Counted from the first letter of the stretch, positions 29,822 to 40,996 are shown. The stretch: 64,000 nt of DNA from an uncultured Nitrospiraceae bacterium (GCA_963811165.1 CAWEQH010000004.1:192001-256000), one strand, 5' to 3'. The notes: generated by a model not told the origin, from the letters alone. Made by a program: numbers and translations.

Positions 29822-31516
29822 CTAGAGCGCTCGCGTGAGTTCTCCAAGCTTATCAGTCAGCACCTTATTTTGTGCATAGTCCACAGGGCAAGCGATAACC
29901 GAGACTGTATTATCCTCCAGGGCGCGCTGCAGCGTGGGAAGGAGGTCCTCCGTTCGTTTTATGGCGTAGCCTTTGGCGCCATAGCTTTCAGCTAATTTGA
30001 CGAAGTCCGGGTTCCCGAAGTCGACGTGCGAGTGGTGCCCTAACTCAATATCCATTTTCCACTTGATCAGGCCGTAGCTCCCATCCACCCATACCAGCAC
30101 GACAACAGGTATTTTTTCGCGTACCGCTGTCTCTAATTCCTGCGAGTTCATGAGAAACCCGGCGTCGCCTGCGACCGCGAGAACTTTTCGTTCAGGGAAG
30201 GCAAGCTTTGCACCAATTGCCCCCGGAAATGCAAAGGCCATGGTTGAGAGCCCATTGGAAATAAGGCACGTGTTTGGGCGGTACGTGGGGTAAAGACGGG
30301 CCATCCACATCTTGACCGCACCCGTGTCAACGAGTACGATATCTTCCTCGCCCATTGCAGTTCTGACATCTGCGACGATTCGCTGAGGCTTGACCGGATA
30401 TAAGTCGTCCTTCCTTCCCCTCTCCAGCTCTTCCCCTATGAGGCGACGGATCTTGATATCTGTTGGGCTCAATCCCGGTGTCGCCTTAATTCCCTGAGAC
30501 AAGGCGTCGAGGGATTCCGAAATACTTCCTATGATACCGACCGCGACGTGATAGTGAGCGTCGACTCCGGCTGGATAGCGATGAATATGAAGAATCTGCT
30601 TATCCCCTCTTGGATTGATTCTCACGGGATCAAATTCCTGCAGATCGTAGCCGACGCATAGAACTACGTCAGCCTGGTCGAAGCCAAAGTTGACGTAGTC
30701 ATGGACCATAAATCCTGCGGTGCCAAGAGAATTGGGATGATTGTCCGGAAAGACGCCCTTGCCCATAAAGGTCGTCGCCACCGGTATCCCGAGGCGCTCC
30801 GAGAAACGGATGAGCGCTTCACTGGCACGATCACGCACGGCGCCGTGCCCTGCCAGCACAATTGTTTTTTTTGCAGTCTCCAGGACTTTGACAGCTCTCC
30901 CGATCTGAGTGGCGGATGGAGAGGAATCGCGAACGATATTAATATCGAGCGGATGGTATCCTTCCGGGACGGGCAAGATTTCGACATCCTGGGGGAAGGC
31001 TAAGTACACGGCTCCCGGCCGCTCAGTCTGGGCCTGCTTGAAGGCACTGCGTACCATTTCCGGTATCGCCTCTGCGGATTGGATCAGGGCTGCCCACTTT
31101 GTGAGCGGTTTGAACATGCCGACCAGATCAATGCTTTGGTGAGATTCTTTGTAGATGCGATTCAGGCCCACCTGTGCGCTGATCGCGACTAGTGGAACGC
31201 TGTCGGTATTGGCATCAGCCGTGCCGAGCGCAAGATTGATCGCTCCCGGTCCGAGCGTCGCGAGGCACACTCCTGGCTGACCAGTGAGACGACCATAGAT
31301 ATCGGCCATGAAAGAGGCGGCCTGCTCGTGACGGACAAGGATGAAGCGAATGGAAGATCCATTAAATGCATCGACCATGAGGATATTTTCCTCTCCGGGT
31401 ATCCCAAAGACATATTTGACACCCTCGTTTTCCAAGCACCGTACAAATAATTGTGCGGCATTCATGGAGGGCTTGATACCATTCTTCCCCTCAAAAGTCT
31501 CATCACTATACTGCAT
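29822..31516 (-). CDS. Acetolactate synthase large-subunit family ThDP enzyme
   Basis: FGIPGEEN, RHEQAASFMA, TLGPGAIN, GDAGFLMNSQE; no adjacent small subunit. Confidence 0.85.
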   Translation of the reverse strand: MQYSDETFEGKNGIKPSMNAAQLFVRCLENEGVKYVFGIPGEENILMVDAFNGSSIRFILVRHEQAASFMADIYGRLTGQPGVCLATLGPGAINLALGTADANTDSVPLVAISAQVGLNRIYKESHQSIDLVGMFKPLTKWAALIQSAEAIPEMVRSAFKQAQTERPGAVYLAFPQDVEILPVPEGYHPLDINIVRDSSPSATQIGRAVKVLETAKKTIVLAGHGAVRDRASEALIRFSERLGIPVATTFMGKGVFPDNHPNSLGTAGFMVHDYVNFGFDQADVVLCVGYDLQEFDPVRINPRGDKQILHIHRYPAGVDAHYHVAVGIIGSISESLDALSQGIKATPGLSPTDIKIRRLIGEELERGRKDDLYPVKPQRIVADVRTAMGEEDIVLVDTGAVKMWMARLYPTYRPNTCLISNGLSTMAFAFPGAIGAKLAFPERKVLAVAGDAGFLMNSQELETAVREKIPVVVLVWVDGSYGLIKWKMDIELGHHSHVDFGNPDFVKLAESYGAKGYAIKRTEDLLPTLQRALEDNTVSVIACPVDYAQNKVLTDKLGELTRAL

Positions 31517-31676
31517 GAGATTCAAACCTCCTATTTATACATCGTTTGGTGCATCGTTACGGGCGAAAATACTTCAGGATCAATCCGCACATTGATCATC
31601 ATGATATCCTGATCATTGAGAATTCAGTGGTAGTAGTTCCGTTTTCCTTGTCCCGGCGAAGTTTCATTTGGGGGAC

Positions 31677-31898
31677 ACGGAACTCGATGTGAAATGCGGC
31701 TTCAAACAACAAGCCAGGCAGGAAGACCGAAAAGAGCAATTCCTTCGTCAGATGCGACGGCGTGAACAGTTTCAGGATACCGAGCGCCAACCCAGTCAGC
31801 ACCAAGGCCACCGTGTACGGCACATGCAGTTGCCGCACCGCAATCGCCACCGCGACCGCGACCGAAAACAACAAAATCAAAATCGTCTCAGTCTGCAC
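31677..31898 (-). pseudogene. N-terminal fragment of a CPA1 Na+/H+ antiporter
   Basis: RQLHVPYTVALVLTG...FSVFLPGLLFEAAFHI; homology stops after ~74 aa. Confidence 0.7.
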
Positions 31899-31943
31899 AG
31901 TCTCTCACCCCGACAATCTTGCCCGCCAACTTTGGTGCGAGAA

Positions 31944-31982
31944 GAAGGACAGATTCAATGTCTTACTGAAATAATAGCTCAT
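31944..31982 (-). pseudogene. N-terminal remnant resembling DUF302 proteins
   Basis: GGAGGAGG RBS then MSYYFSKTLNLSF, followed by unrelated sequence and an early stop. Confidence 0.5.
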
Positions 31983-31997
31983 AATAACCTCCTCCTG

Positions 31998-33110
31998 TTA
32001 CCTGCTGTTTATGCGGATCGAAGGGAGATCACACACCGGCCAAACTGAGAAATGCGCGCCCCTTTTCTGTCCGACGCCGATTGCACCTTTGGTGAGGTAG
32101 AGAGCCCACGCCCAGTCAGGTTCGAACATGCTCGTCGTTGAAGACCAGTATCCTTCCCTGACATCACTGAAGGGATGTTCATGAGGAAGCGCCGGGCTGT
32201 GCGCGCTGCAATCCACGAGCGATTCCAGTTCATTGATGTTCGGCAGCCGCCATAAATAAGTCCCTTCCTGCCGCCGGTTGAGGGCTGTAGCTGCTTTGAG
32301 CGCTTCCTGCCATGTCGACGGTCTTCCTAAGAGGTCGGCTGATGGGCGCCAGCAGAGGTTCGTGAGCCGGTCGACGACCATATTTCCCGCCTCCTCAAAG
32401 CGGGGTTCAGGCCAACGCACCCCTGATCGGAACTCTCCGTCCTGTCCCGAACCTGTGCAGGAGATGGGTTGCCCTTTTGCGTCATAACACCCGGTTTGGC
32501 CGGTAGCAGGGAGAATTGTGTCTCCCTTTCCCCGAACAGGCCATAACAGGAAAAACTGCTCCTTTCGGCCGTAAAACATTCGTGCGCCCTCCATATGGAT
32601 ATACCACGCATAGGCAGTGTTGATCGCCGCAGTCGTAGACGTCCAGTACCATCCGCTGAATACTTTGACAAAGGGATGCCCCTCCGGTAAAGCTGGTTTC
32701 CTGGTCTGGTGGCTCATAAGGCTTCGGAGTTCACGGCGGTTGGGAAGACGCCAGTCGGAAGAACCGAATACATTGTCACGATTCATCGTTGCGATGTAAT
32801 CGAGGGCTTCCTTCCATGTCAGAGGCAATTCAGCTATATTAGCATTCATAGTCCAGATGAGCCCCGTCAGCCGATCGAGAACCGCATCGTCAAGGACCTC
32901 GAATCGCGGTTCAGGCCAGGACACGCCGCTTCTGAAGTCCGCGTCCTGGCCGCTCCCGTCGCAATCGATCATGCGGCCGCTCGTATCGTGGCAGGTACTC
33001 TGCCCTGTCTGGAGAATATAATGCTTGTGCGGATCGCTTTTCCCGGGCATCTCTTTTGTCTTTCCCTCTTTTTCGGAACTCGCCGATGATGGCCCTATCA
33101 TATCTTTCAT
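31998..33110 (-). CDS. DUF1566 (Lcl C-terminal-like) tandem-domain protein
   Basis: Two repeats of TGQ..C.D..G..I.C.GSGQD..FRSGV.WPEPRF...DRLT.L.W...WRLPN..EL.SL...YW.ST. Confidence 0.85.
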   Translation of the reverse strand: MKDMIGPSSASSEKEGKTKEMPGKSDPHKHYILQTGQSTCHDTSGRMIDCDGSGQDADFRSGVSWPEPRFEVLDDAVLDRLTGLIWTMNANIAELPLTWKEALDYIATMNRDNVFGSSDWRLPNRRELRSLMSHQTRKPALPEGHPFVKVFSGWYWTSTTAAINTAYAWYIHMEGARMFYGRKEQFFLLWPVRGKGDTILPATGQTGCYDAKGQPISCTGSGQDGEFRSGVRWPEPRFEEAGNMVVDRLTNLCWRPSADLLGRPSTWQEALKAATALNRRQEGTYLWRLPNINELESLVDCSAHSPALPHEHPFSDVREGYWSSTTSMFEPDWAWALYLTKGAIGVGQKRGAHFSVWPVCDLPSIRINSR

Positions 33111-33132
33111 CAACACCGTGTGCGCTGCCTTT

Positions 33133-33330
33133 TTACTTCCGTTTCATCATCATATAAACGACACCAAAAATCACGAGAATCGCGATAATGATCGTAAGTA
33201 CCCATCCGGAGTTCATTCCCCACCCCCAACTACCACCCATCATGCCATCACCTTGACCGGTGCCCATCTGGGCAAATGCTGCGGTACTAAAAACAAACAA
33301 AACCGTTAAAACAACCATTAATCTTTTCAT
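33133..33330 (-). CDS. Small membrane protein (signal peptide, GMMGG linker, one TM)
   Basis: AGGAGG RBS, AFA cleavage site, hydrophobic C-terminal helix. Confidence 0.65.
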   Translation of the reverse strand: MKRLMVVLTVLFVFSTAAFAQMGTGQGDGMMGGSWGWGMNSGWVLTIIIAILVIFGVVYMMMKRK

Positions 33331-33607
33331 CTTCTTCCTCCTGTCAAAGTTTAGTGTGACACGAGTCTTTGCTGTGCCGCAGGTTTCGTGAGTTGCGAAA
33401 TACTTGTTCTCATGCTAATGTCCCTTCTATCGCAGCATTGTATTCTCCACGCTGCGCGGCCCACCGCGCCGGACAATTGGATATGATATTCACAGTTTTT
33501 TCTCCGACCATATTCAGCCCTTTCTCAGCAGCAGGATCATACCGCCCAATGCCGCCAACAGTGTCACCCACAGCCCGATGGCGACGCGGGTGGCTTTCGA
33601 AGCGGCG

Positions 33608-36064
33608 TCACCCCTTCCATTTCCAGTTGCGGATTTCCGGCATGTCTTCGCCGTATTTGTCGATGTAGGCCTTGTGGTCCAGCAACTTGTCGCGCAGAAA
33701 CTGTTTGACGTACGCGGCCCTTGAACCCAAGCCAGGCACACGGTCGATCACGTCACCGACCAGGTGAAAGCGGTCGAGATCATTCAACACCACCATGTCG
33801 AAGGGCGTGGTGGTCGTTCCGTTTTCTTTGTACCCGCGTACGTGGAGATTCGTGTGATTGGTCCGACGATATGTCAGGCGATGAATCAACCAGGGATAGC
33901 CGTGGAAGGCGAAGATGATGGGCTTGTCCTTGGTAAAGAGGACATCAAAGTCTTTATCGCTCAACCCGTGGGGGTGTTCGATCTGCGGCTGAAGCGTCAT
34001 CAAGTCCACCACGTTGATGACACGGATCTTTAGTTCCGGAAAGCGCTGTCGCAGGATCTCGACAGCGGCCAGTGTCTCCAAGGTTGGCACATCTCCGCAG
34101 CAGGCCATCACCACATCGGGGTCGCCGCCCTCGTCATTGCTGGCCCATTCCCAGATGCCAAGCCCGGCCGTGCAGTGTTTGATAGCTGCATCCATCTCGA
34201 GCCATTGCAGTTCCGGCTGTTTGCCCGCGACAATAACATTTACGTAATTGCGACTGCGCAGACAATGGTCAGTGACGGACAGCAGGGTGTTGGCGTCCGG
34301 CGGCAGATAGACGCGGATGATTTCCGCCTTCTTGTTCACCACGTGGTCGATAAAACCTGGGTCCTGGTGGCTGAATCCATTGTGGTCCTGCCGCCACACG
34401 TGAGACGAGAGCAGGTAGTTCAGGGAAGCGATTGGACGGCGCCACGGGATGTGGTTCGCCACCTTGAGCCACTTTGCGTGCTGGTTGAACATCGAATCGA
34501 CGATGTGGATGAAGGCTTCGTAGCATGAGAAAAAACCATGTCTTCCTGTAAGCAGGTAACCTTCGAGCCATCCTTCGCATTGGTGCTCGCTCAGCATCTC
34601 CATCACCCGGCCATCAGGTGCAACATGGTCGTCGATGTTAATGATTTCCGCGGTCGAGCAACGGTTAGTAACCTCGAATAGGCTGGTCCAGCGGTTTGAC
34701 GCGGTTTCATCCGGGCTGAAGACGCGGAAGTTGCGTGCCTCGGCGTTAAGCGAGAGCACGTCTCGAATGAACTCACCCTGAAGGCGCGTGCTTTCTGCTT
34801 CCACGACGCCTGGCTTTGGCACCTTGACCGCGTAGTCGCAGAAATCCGGCAACTTCAATTCTTTAAGGAGGAGACCTCCGTTGGCATGAGGGTTCGCTCC
34901 CATACGCCGCTCTCCTTTGGGCGCTAGTTCAGTAAGTTCAGAAAGTAGCCCGCCGTTTTGGTCAAATAACTCCTCAGGCTTATAACTTTTCAGCCATTGC
35001 TCCAGGATCTTCAGGTGTTTCGGCTTCGCCACAAAATCTGTAATGGGCACCTGGTGCGCGCGAAACGTGCCTTCGATTGGCAGTCCATCAACCACTTTCG
35101 GACAAGTCCAGCCTTTTGGCGTACGTAAGATTATCATAGGCCATTGCGGACGCTTCCGGAATCCTTTAGCACGTGCCGAAATCTGAATGTCTTTAATCTC
35201 TGCAACGATCGTATCGAGCACAACCGCCAGAAGTCGATGGACCTTCATGGGATCGTCTCCCTCGACAAAATAAGGTTTGTAGCCGTAACCCTGGAAGAGC
35301 TGATCCAACTCTTCGTGACTTATGCGGCCCAGCACGGTGGGCCCGGCAATCTTGTAGCCATTCAGGTGCAGAATCGGCAGCACCGCCCCATCGGTGACGG
35401 GATTCAGGAATTTATTTGAGTGCCAGCTAGTGGCCAGTGGACCGGTTTCCGCTTCGCCGTCGCCGACCACGCAGGCAACTATTAAGTTGGGGTTATCTAA
35501 TGTGGCGCCATACGCATGCGACAGAGAATAGCCAAGCTCACCGCCTTCATGAATGGAACCAGGTGTTTCCGGCGCCGCGTGACTAGGGATGCCGCCGGGA
35601 AAAGAGAATTGGGTGAAGAGCTTTTTCATACCCCGTTCGTCCCGGGATATGTTCGGGTACAACTCGCTGTAGGTGCCTTCCAGATAAGTGTTGGCCACCA
35701 GTCCCGGCCCGCCATGTCCGGGTCCTGCGATATAAATCATGTTCAGGTCATACTGTTTGATGATCCGGTTGAGATGGACATAGATAAGGTTCAGCCCCGG
35801 CGTCGTACCGAAGTGGCCTAACAGTCGCGGTTTCACATGTTCCAGTTTTAACGGTTTTTTCAGTATCGGATTGTCATAGAGGTAGATCTGGCCGACCGAC
35901 AGGTAGTTGGCGGCGCGCCAATAGGCGTTCATCTTTCGCAGTTGCTCGGGCGACAATGGGTTGGCCGTTACATTCATCTTTTTCTTTTTCACGGCGAAGT
36001 TCTCCTCAAACCCTTTTTTTACGTTCACGACAAGGTTCTTTTTAGACACTTCTTTTACTTTCAT
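33608..36064 (-). CDS. xfp: Xylulose-5P/fructose-6P phosphoketolase
   Basis: [53 protein letters not shown]. Confidence 0.96.
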   Translation of the reverse strand: MKVKEVSKKNLVVNVKKGFEENFAVKKKKMNVTANPLSPEQLRKMNAYWRAANYLSVGQIYLYDNPILKKPLKLEHVKPRLLGHFGTTPGLNLIYVHLNRIIKQYDLNMIYIAGPGHGGPGLVANTYLEGTYSELYPNISRDERGMKKLFTQFSFPGGIPSHAAPETPGSIHEGGELGYSLSHAYGATLDNPNLIVACVVGDGEAETGPLATSWHSNKFLNPVTDGAVLPILHLNGYKIAGPTVLGRISHEELDQLFQGYGYKPYFVEGDDPMKVHRLLAVVLDTIVAEIKDIQISARAKGFRKRPQWPMIILRTPKGWTCPKVVDGLPIEGTFRAHQVPITDFVAKPKHLKILEQWLKSYKPEELFDQNGGLLSELTELAPKGERRMGANPHANGGLLLKELKLPDFCDYAVKVPKPGVVEAESTRLQGEFIRDVLSLNAEARNFRVFSPDETASNRWTSLFEVTNRCSTAEIINIDDHVAPDGRVMEMLSEHQCEGWLEGYLLTGRHGFFSCYEAFIHIVDSMFNQHAKWLKVANHIPWRRPIASLNYLLSSHVWRQDHNGFSHQDPGFIDHVVNKKAEIIRVYLPPDANTLLSVTDHCLRSRNYVNVIVAGKQPELQWLEMDAAIKHCTAGLGIWEWASNDEGGDPDVVMACCGDVPTLETLAAVEILRQRFPELKIRVINVVDLMTLQPQIEHPHGLSDKDFDVLFTKDKPIIFAFHGYPWLIHRLTYRRTNHTNLHVRGYKENGTTTTPFDMVVLNDLDRFHLVGDVIDRVPGLGSRAAYVKQFLRDKLLDHKAYIDKYGEDMPEIRNWKWKG

Positions 36065-36067
36065 AAT

Positions 36068-37291
36068 CTATTCCTTTCCACGTGTAAGACCTAAAACTTG
36101 GCAGACTGTTTTAGCTATCATCAACTCCTCGTCCGTATGAATTACGCGCACCGAGACCCTGCTGCTTCCCGCAGATATTACATCCGCATTGGCCACGTTT
36201 TGTTTTTCTGCGAGTTCGATTCCAAGAAATCCAAGCCCTTCGCAAATCCGGGCGCGGACTTCCGGAGCATTCTCACCAATTCCGCCACTGAATACTAATG
36301 TTTCCACTCCTCCCAGTGCCGCTGCGAACGAGCCTATCCATTTCTTGGCCTGATAGCAGAACAGCGCGACCGCTTCAGCCGCCCGCACGTCCTGCGTTTC
36401 ACGGTCGAGCAAGTCACGCATGTCGGAACTGGTCTCCGACACGCCGAGCAGCCCGGACTGGAAATTGACCATCTCATTGAATCGTTTTGCATCGAGGCCC
36501 TCGGTGCGCGCAAGATACCAAACCAGTCCGGGATCGAGATCACCGGAGCGGGTGCTCATCGGTACGCCGGCTGTCGGGGTGAAACCCATGCTTGTGTCCA
36601 CGGATTTGCCGTCGCGCACGGCCGCCAGGCTCGCGCCATTGCCGAGGTGGGCGAGGATGACCCGGCCTTGTGCCGCTTTCGCTCCGGCCAGGCGGGCCAG
36701 CTCTCCCATAAGAAACGCATACGACAATCCGTGAAACCCATATCGTCGCACCCCCTGCGCTTCGTAACGGCGCGGGATCGGCAACAGTCGCGCCACGCAC
36801 GGCAGGTCATGGTGAAAAGCCGTGTCGAAACACGCCACTTGGGGCAGGGCAGGAAATCGGCGATGAAACGCCTCGGTCAACAGTATCTCCTCCGGCAGAT
36901 GCTCAGGATCGAATGGACTGAGCCGGTGCAGTTCCTCAACCATTTCTGCGGTGATTCGCTGCGGTTTGCTGTACTTCGGCCCGCCATGCACCACACGATG
37001 CCCCACCGCGGTCAATGCATCACGCCCGCTACGGTCCTCGATCCAATCCATCAGAGCGCCCACCGCCACCGTGTGGTCAGTCGCCGCCACCGGCCGCGAA
37101 AAGTTGTCCGCAGGCTCCAGGCCTTTCACCCGCAAGGCGGCCTCCGGCAGTCCAATACGCTCAATCCCGCCCTCCAGAATCCGTCGGAGCGGGTCACCGC
37201 TCTTAAACAGCGCGAACTTGATGCTCGATGAGCCGCCGTTGATCGTCAAAATGCTTGTGTTAGCTGACTTCATGGATGGCTGGTCCGTCAT
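36068..37291 (-). CDS. ackA: Acetate kinase
   Basis: INGGSSSIKF, GHRVVHGG, FDTAFH, YGFHG, HLGNGAS, FSGGIGEN. Confidence 0.93.
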   Translation of the reverse strand: MTDQPSMKSANTSILTINGGSSSIKFALFKSGDPLRRILEGGIERIGLPEAALRVKGLEPADNFSRPVAATDHTVAVGALMDWIEDRSGRDALTAVGHRVVHGGPKYSKPQRITAEMVEELHRLSPFDPEHLPEEILLTEAFHRRFPALPQVACFDTAFHHDLPCVARLLPIPRRYEAQGVRRYGFHGLSYAFLMGELARLAGAKAAQGRVILAHLGNGASLAAVRDGKSVDTSMGFTPTAGVPMSTRSGDLDPGLVWYLARTEGLDAKRFNEMVNFQSGLLGVSETSSDMRDLLDRETQDVRAAEAVALFCYQAKKWIGSFAAALGGVETLVFSGGIGENAPEVRARICEGLGFLGIELAEKQNVANADVISAGSSRVSVRVIHTDEELMIAKTVCQVLGLTRGKE

Positions 37292-37932
37292 TCTGCTATC
37301 TCCAATCCGCGTGCGGCCAGTTGCCTGCACGTGGACTTGTAATCCGTATGAAGAATGCCGCTAATTCCGAGACCTTCTGCGACCTCGACGAACATCGGAG
37401 TGTTTTCGATATAGACTATTTGCCCGATCGGCACCTGGGCCATGTCCAGCGCAACCCGGAATATGTCCACGTCGGGCTTTCGGAGATGGACGAAGCAGGA
37501 GGAAATGAAAAAATCTACAAACCCATCCAGCTTGAACTTTCGAATTCGGTGGGCATTCAGTTCCCGCCCTTCGTTGCTGACCACGGCGATCTTAAGCCCA
37601 TACTTTACCTTGAGCTTGCGGACCAACTCGATCATCGGGGGATACGGCTTCGATTGCGCGAACATGAATTTTTGAAACTCAGCAGGAGTAAAAGGCCGCT
37701 CCTCGTAGAACACCACCCGACTCAAGTATTCCTCAATGGTGAGCTTGCCCAACTCGTAAGTGCCGAAGGCCTGGCTATGCCGGTTTTCCATTTCTTCCGG
37801 ATCCAGGTCGAACGCCTTGGCCGCCAGTTCGCGGGACGCGTGACCCCACCCGTCGGTGAGCAGGACACCGCCGACATCCACAAACAGTGCCGTAATGGGC
37901 AGCACTCCTTTTATTTGTTTCTTTTGTTTCAT
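37288..37932 (-). CDS. HAD-family phosphatase (YihX-like)
   Basis: FVDVGGVLL motif I, VSNE, RKPD; overlaps ackA start. Confidence 0.85.
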   Translation of the reverse strand: MKQKKQIKGVLPITALFVDVGGVLLTDGWGHASRELAAKAFDLDPEEMENRHSQAFGTYELGKLTIEEYLSRVVFYEERPFTPAEFQKFMFAQSKPYPPMIELVRKLKVKYGLKIAVVSNEGRELNAHRIRKFKLDGFVDFFISSCFVHLRKPDVDIFRVALDMAQVPIGQIVYIENTPMFVEVAEGLGISGILHTDYKSTCRQLAARGLEIAE

Positions 37933-37954
37933 TCCTCTGCCATCCGAAATGGAA

Positions 37955-40501
37955 TCATCGCTGCCACAGGATGTGAGCTTCTTCCAGGGGAACCGAAACG
38001 CCGTCATAATACGGGATTATCCGCGCTGTATAATCCTTCGCCGGGCGGCTCGCAGGCACCTGAGTATGATACACGTGACCGCTGTCTGCAGTCGCTTGTT
38101 GACGGGCGAGCGTCATCTCCTGTCGCACCGGGCCGCTGCCGTTAATGCCGTCGGCATAAAGCTCTACACGTACCGCCTTCGGTTCGAGCTCGTTGAGATA
38201 GACCTGGACCTCAAATACGTGCTGCTCGTCACGCGTCTCAACCTTCATTTCGCCAAAGTGGACTGCAGCCCATTTATGCTCAACCTTATGCCGCCAGTCG
38301 ATCACCTGTCGGCCCACGGCCCCTTTATTTTCAGCCCGTTTGCGATAGATCATAGCAGCCGGGAGGTAGAGTTGCTCGGTGTAGTCGCACACCGCGCGGT
38401 TGGCGGAGAAGCGCGGTGTCAATCGTGCCATGCTTTCCCGCATCCGCGCTACCCAGGCGGTGGGGATGCCCTCCCCGTCGCGCGTGTAAAACTCTGGGAT
38501 CACCTCTCGTTCGAGGAGGTCATAGAGCGCCGCGGCTTCGACAGCGTCCCAGGCGGGATCGTTATCATGTTCCCGCCCGTCCCCCAAAGCCCATCCCACT
38601 TCAGGGGTGTAGGCTTCCGCCCACCAGCCGTCCAATTCCGAAAGATTGATGCCGCCATTGACGAGCACTTTCATGCCGCTCGTTCCGCAGGCCTCCCAGG
38701 GCCGTCGCGGCGTGTTGATCCAGACATCCACCCCCTGCACCAGGTGCTCCGTCAGAAGCATGTCGTAGTCACTGAGGAAGATCACATGGGGCCGCGCCTC
38801 GGGCCGCCGGATAAAATGGGTCCATTCCTGAATCAGGGCCTGCCCTGCCTGGTCCGCCGGATGGGCCTTGCCGGCAAGAATGAGTTGCACCGGCCGCTCC
38901 GGATTGGTTAACAGGCGAAGCAGTCGCTCCTGATCGTGCAATAATAGATTTGGTCTCTTATAGGTTGCGAAGCGGCGCGCAAAGCCCAGGGTCAACGCAT
39001 TGGGATCAAGAAGATGCTCCGCCCCCTTGACCGCCTCGGTTGACGCGCCGGAGGCGGCCAGTTGCCGGGCCAATCGTTCGCGGGCGTATTCAATGAGAGA
39101 CCGGCCGGCGTCCGTACGAAATTTCCAGAGCCTGGCGTCAGAGATGCGGCGAATGTCATGCTCCAGGGTTTCCGTTGTCCCCATCCAGCGGTCTTTTCCA
39201 CAGGCCTCTGTCCAAAGATCGTCGGCCGGCGCCGAGTCCCAGCTCGGCATGAAAACTCCGTTGGTCACGTGTCCGACAGGCACTTCGTCTTGCGGCCAGC
39301 TCGGAAAGAGAGGCTCAAAAAGCTGACGGCTCACCTTCCCGTGCAAACGACTTACGCCATTCACTGCCCCGCTCCCACGAACCGCCAGATAGGCCATGTT
39401 GAAGCTTTCCGAGGAGTCATCCGGGTCCCGTCGGCCCAGGGCCAGCAAATCATGGAGTGTGACACCGAGCTTCTGCTCAGCATAACCGCCGAGGTAGTGT
39501 TCGATGAGGGCCGGAGCAAAACGGTCAAAGCCTGCGGCCACCGCAGTGTGGGTAGTAAAGAGGTTACCCGCCCGCGTTACAGACAGTGCGACTTCGAACG
39601 GCTGCCCTGTCTCTTTCATGAAACTCCGGGCCCGTTCCAAAATGGCAAAGGCCGCATGTCCTTCATTGAGGTGACAGACTTCCGGCCGGATGCCGAGCGT
39701 GCTGAGCAACCGCCACCCGCCGATCCCAAGCATGATCTCCTGTTTCAGCCGCAACTCCGGCCCGCCCCCGTAAAGCTCGCTCGCAATGCCCCGGTGGGCC
39801 GGGAGGTTCGCAAGGTCATTGCTGTCGAGCAGGTAAAGGTGCGCCCGGCCGACCTGGACCTGCCAGGCGCGCAGCCAGACCGGATAACCGGGCAGGTCGA
39901 GCTTCAGCCGCAACCACTCTCCGTTGGCCTGGCGCAATGGCGTTATGGGCAATTGGCCGGGATCGTTGTAAGGGAAAAGGGCCTGTTGCGCTCCGTCCTT
40001 GTCGAGCACCTGACGAAAATAGCCTTGCTGGTAGAGCAGCCCCACGCCGATTACCGGAACGCCGAGGTCGCTGGCAGCTTTGAGCTGATCTCCGGCCACA
40101 TTGCCGAGGCCGCCCGAGTAGATGGGCAGGGCTTCACTTAACATGAATTCCATGCTGAAATACGCGACACTGGTAAGAGGAGTCTGCGGATGTTCTCGCT
40201 GAAACCACGCGGGGGCTTTCGCCGCCTGACGCCTGGCCTGCACGAGGTCATCGACCTTCCTGCGGAATGCCGGATCGGACGTCACGCGCTGGAGCCGGTC
40301 CCGGGAGACCGTCTGCAGGACGGCCCAGGGGTTATACGTGAGGTCCCATAGCGCGGGATCGAGCTGTCGCCATACTTCGTCAGCAGCGTGGTTCCACGAC
40401 CAGCGCATATCCAGTGCAAGCTCGGCCAGGGAATCGAAACCCTCGATGTCCGTAGGTAAAAGGCTGTAGATCGGCTTGCTGACAAGTGTTTGTTTGCTCA
40501 T
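37955..40501 (-). CDS. glgP: Second alpha-glucan phosphorylase (long form)
   Basis: LALDMRWSW, AYFSMEF, HLNEGH, FARRFATYKR, EACGTSGMK; C-terminal beta extension. Confidence 0.93.
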   Translation of the reverse strand: MSKQTLVSKPIYSLLPTDIEGFDSLAELALDMRWSWNHAADEVWRQLDPALWDLTYNPWAVLQTVSRDRLQRVTSDPAFRRKVDDLVQARRQAAKAPAWFQREHPQTPLTSVAYFSMEFMLSEALPIYSGGLGNVAGDQLKAASDLGVPVIGVGLLYQQGYFRQVLDKDGAQQALFPYNDPGQLPITPLRQANGEWLRLKLDLPGYPVWLRAWQVQVGRAHLYLLDSNDLANLPAHRGIASELYGGGPELRLKQEIMLGIGGWRLLSTLGIRPEVCHLNEGHAAFAILERARSFMKETGQPFEVALSVTRAGNLFTTHTAVAAGFDRFAPALIEHYLGGYAEQKLGVTLHDLLALGRRDPDDSSESFNMAYLAVRGSGAVNGVSRLHGKVSRQLFEPLFPSWPQDEVPVGHVTNGVFMPSWDSAPADDLWTEACGKDRWMGTTETLEHDIRRISDARLWKFRTDAGRSLIEYARERLARQLAASGASTEAVKGAEHLLDPNALTLGFARRFATYKRPNLLLHDQERLLRLLTNPERPVQLILAGKAHPADQAGQALIQEWTHFIRRPEARPHVIFLSDYDMLLTEHLVQGVDVWINTPRRPWEACGTSGMKVLVNGGINLSELDGWWAEAYTPEVGWALGDGREHDNDPAWDAVEAAALYDLLEREVIPEFYTRDGEGIPTAWVARMRESMARLTPRFSANRAVCDYTEQLYLPAAMIYRKRAENKGAVGRQVIDWRHKVEHKWAAVHFGEMKVETRDEQHVFEVQVYLNELEPKAVRVELYADGINGSGPVRQEMTLARQQATADSGHVYHTQVPASRPAKDYTARIIPYYDGVSVPLEEAHILWQR

Positions 40502-40528
40502 AGTTTCTCCTTAGCAGTTTGGCGAGTT

Positions 40529-40996
40529 TCACCGCCCCTCTTTTGCAGGCCCCGGTTCCTTTTTCACCAGGAGCACCGAACAGGGCATTTTCCTGATAAT
40601 CTCTTCGTTGCTTCTGCCGAAAAGGAAGTGCTCAAGATGCCCCTCCTCATGGGCGAGCATGATGATGAGGTCTATATTTTCAGTCTTGACCGTTTTGAAG
40701 ATTTCCTTTTCAGGATCTCCTTCTGTCACCAACTGCTTCACCTTTATCCCTTTTTTTCTCTCCGAATTTATCAATGCAGCGAGCTCTTTTCTTGTATCTC
40801 GGACAAGTTTCTTATACTCTTTCACCAAAGAGGGTATCGGCAGATTCCAACCCTGAAGGTTGAAGGGATTATGCACTGCATGCATTACGTAGAGCTTTGC
40901 TCCATATTGTCTTGCAAGAGAGAACCCATAATGAACAGTTTTTCTGTCGTATTGAGTATCCCTGCTCACAACCAGAATCCGTTTAACGTCTTCCAT
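40529..40996 (-). CDS. Universal stress protein
   Basis: KRILVV...GDPEKEI...DLIIM...FGRSNEEIIRKMPCSVLLVK; start after AAGGAGG. Confidence 0.85.
   Translation of the reverse strand: MEDVKRILVVSRDTQYDRKTVHYGFSLARQYGAKLYVMHAVHNPFNLQGWNLPIPSLVKEYKKLVRDTRKELAALINSERKKGIKVKQLVTEGDPEKEIFKTVKTENIDLIIMLAHEEGHLEHFLFGRSNEEIIRKMPCSVLLVKKEPGPAKEGR

Noticed and set aside
31998..33110. DUF1566 gene as a diversity-generating retroelement target
   Set aside because: No reverse transcriptase and no adenine-variant template repeat visible in the window; the internal repeat is an old domain duplication
33514..33605. Hydrophobic stretch KATRVAIGLWVTLLAALGGMILLLRKG* after xfp
   Set aside because: Possibly another gene tail, but no start or RBS and no family could be assigned
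37856..40141. Long antisense ORFs (37856..38911, 39062..40141, and similar ones opposite the MCPs, HEAT gene and ftsH)
   Set aside because: Shadow frames of well-supported genes in GC-rich DNA, with no motifs or RBS
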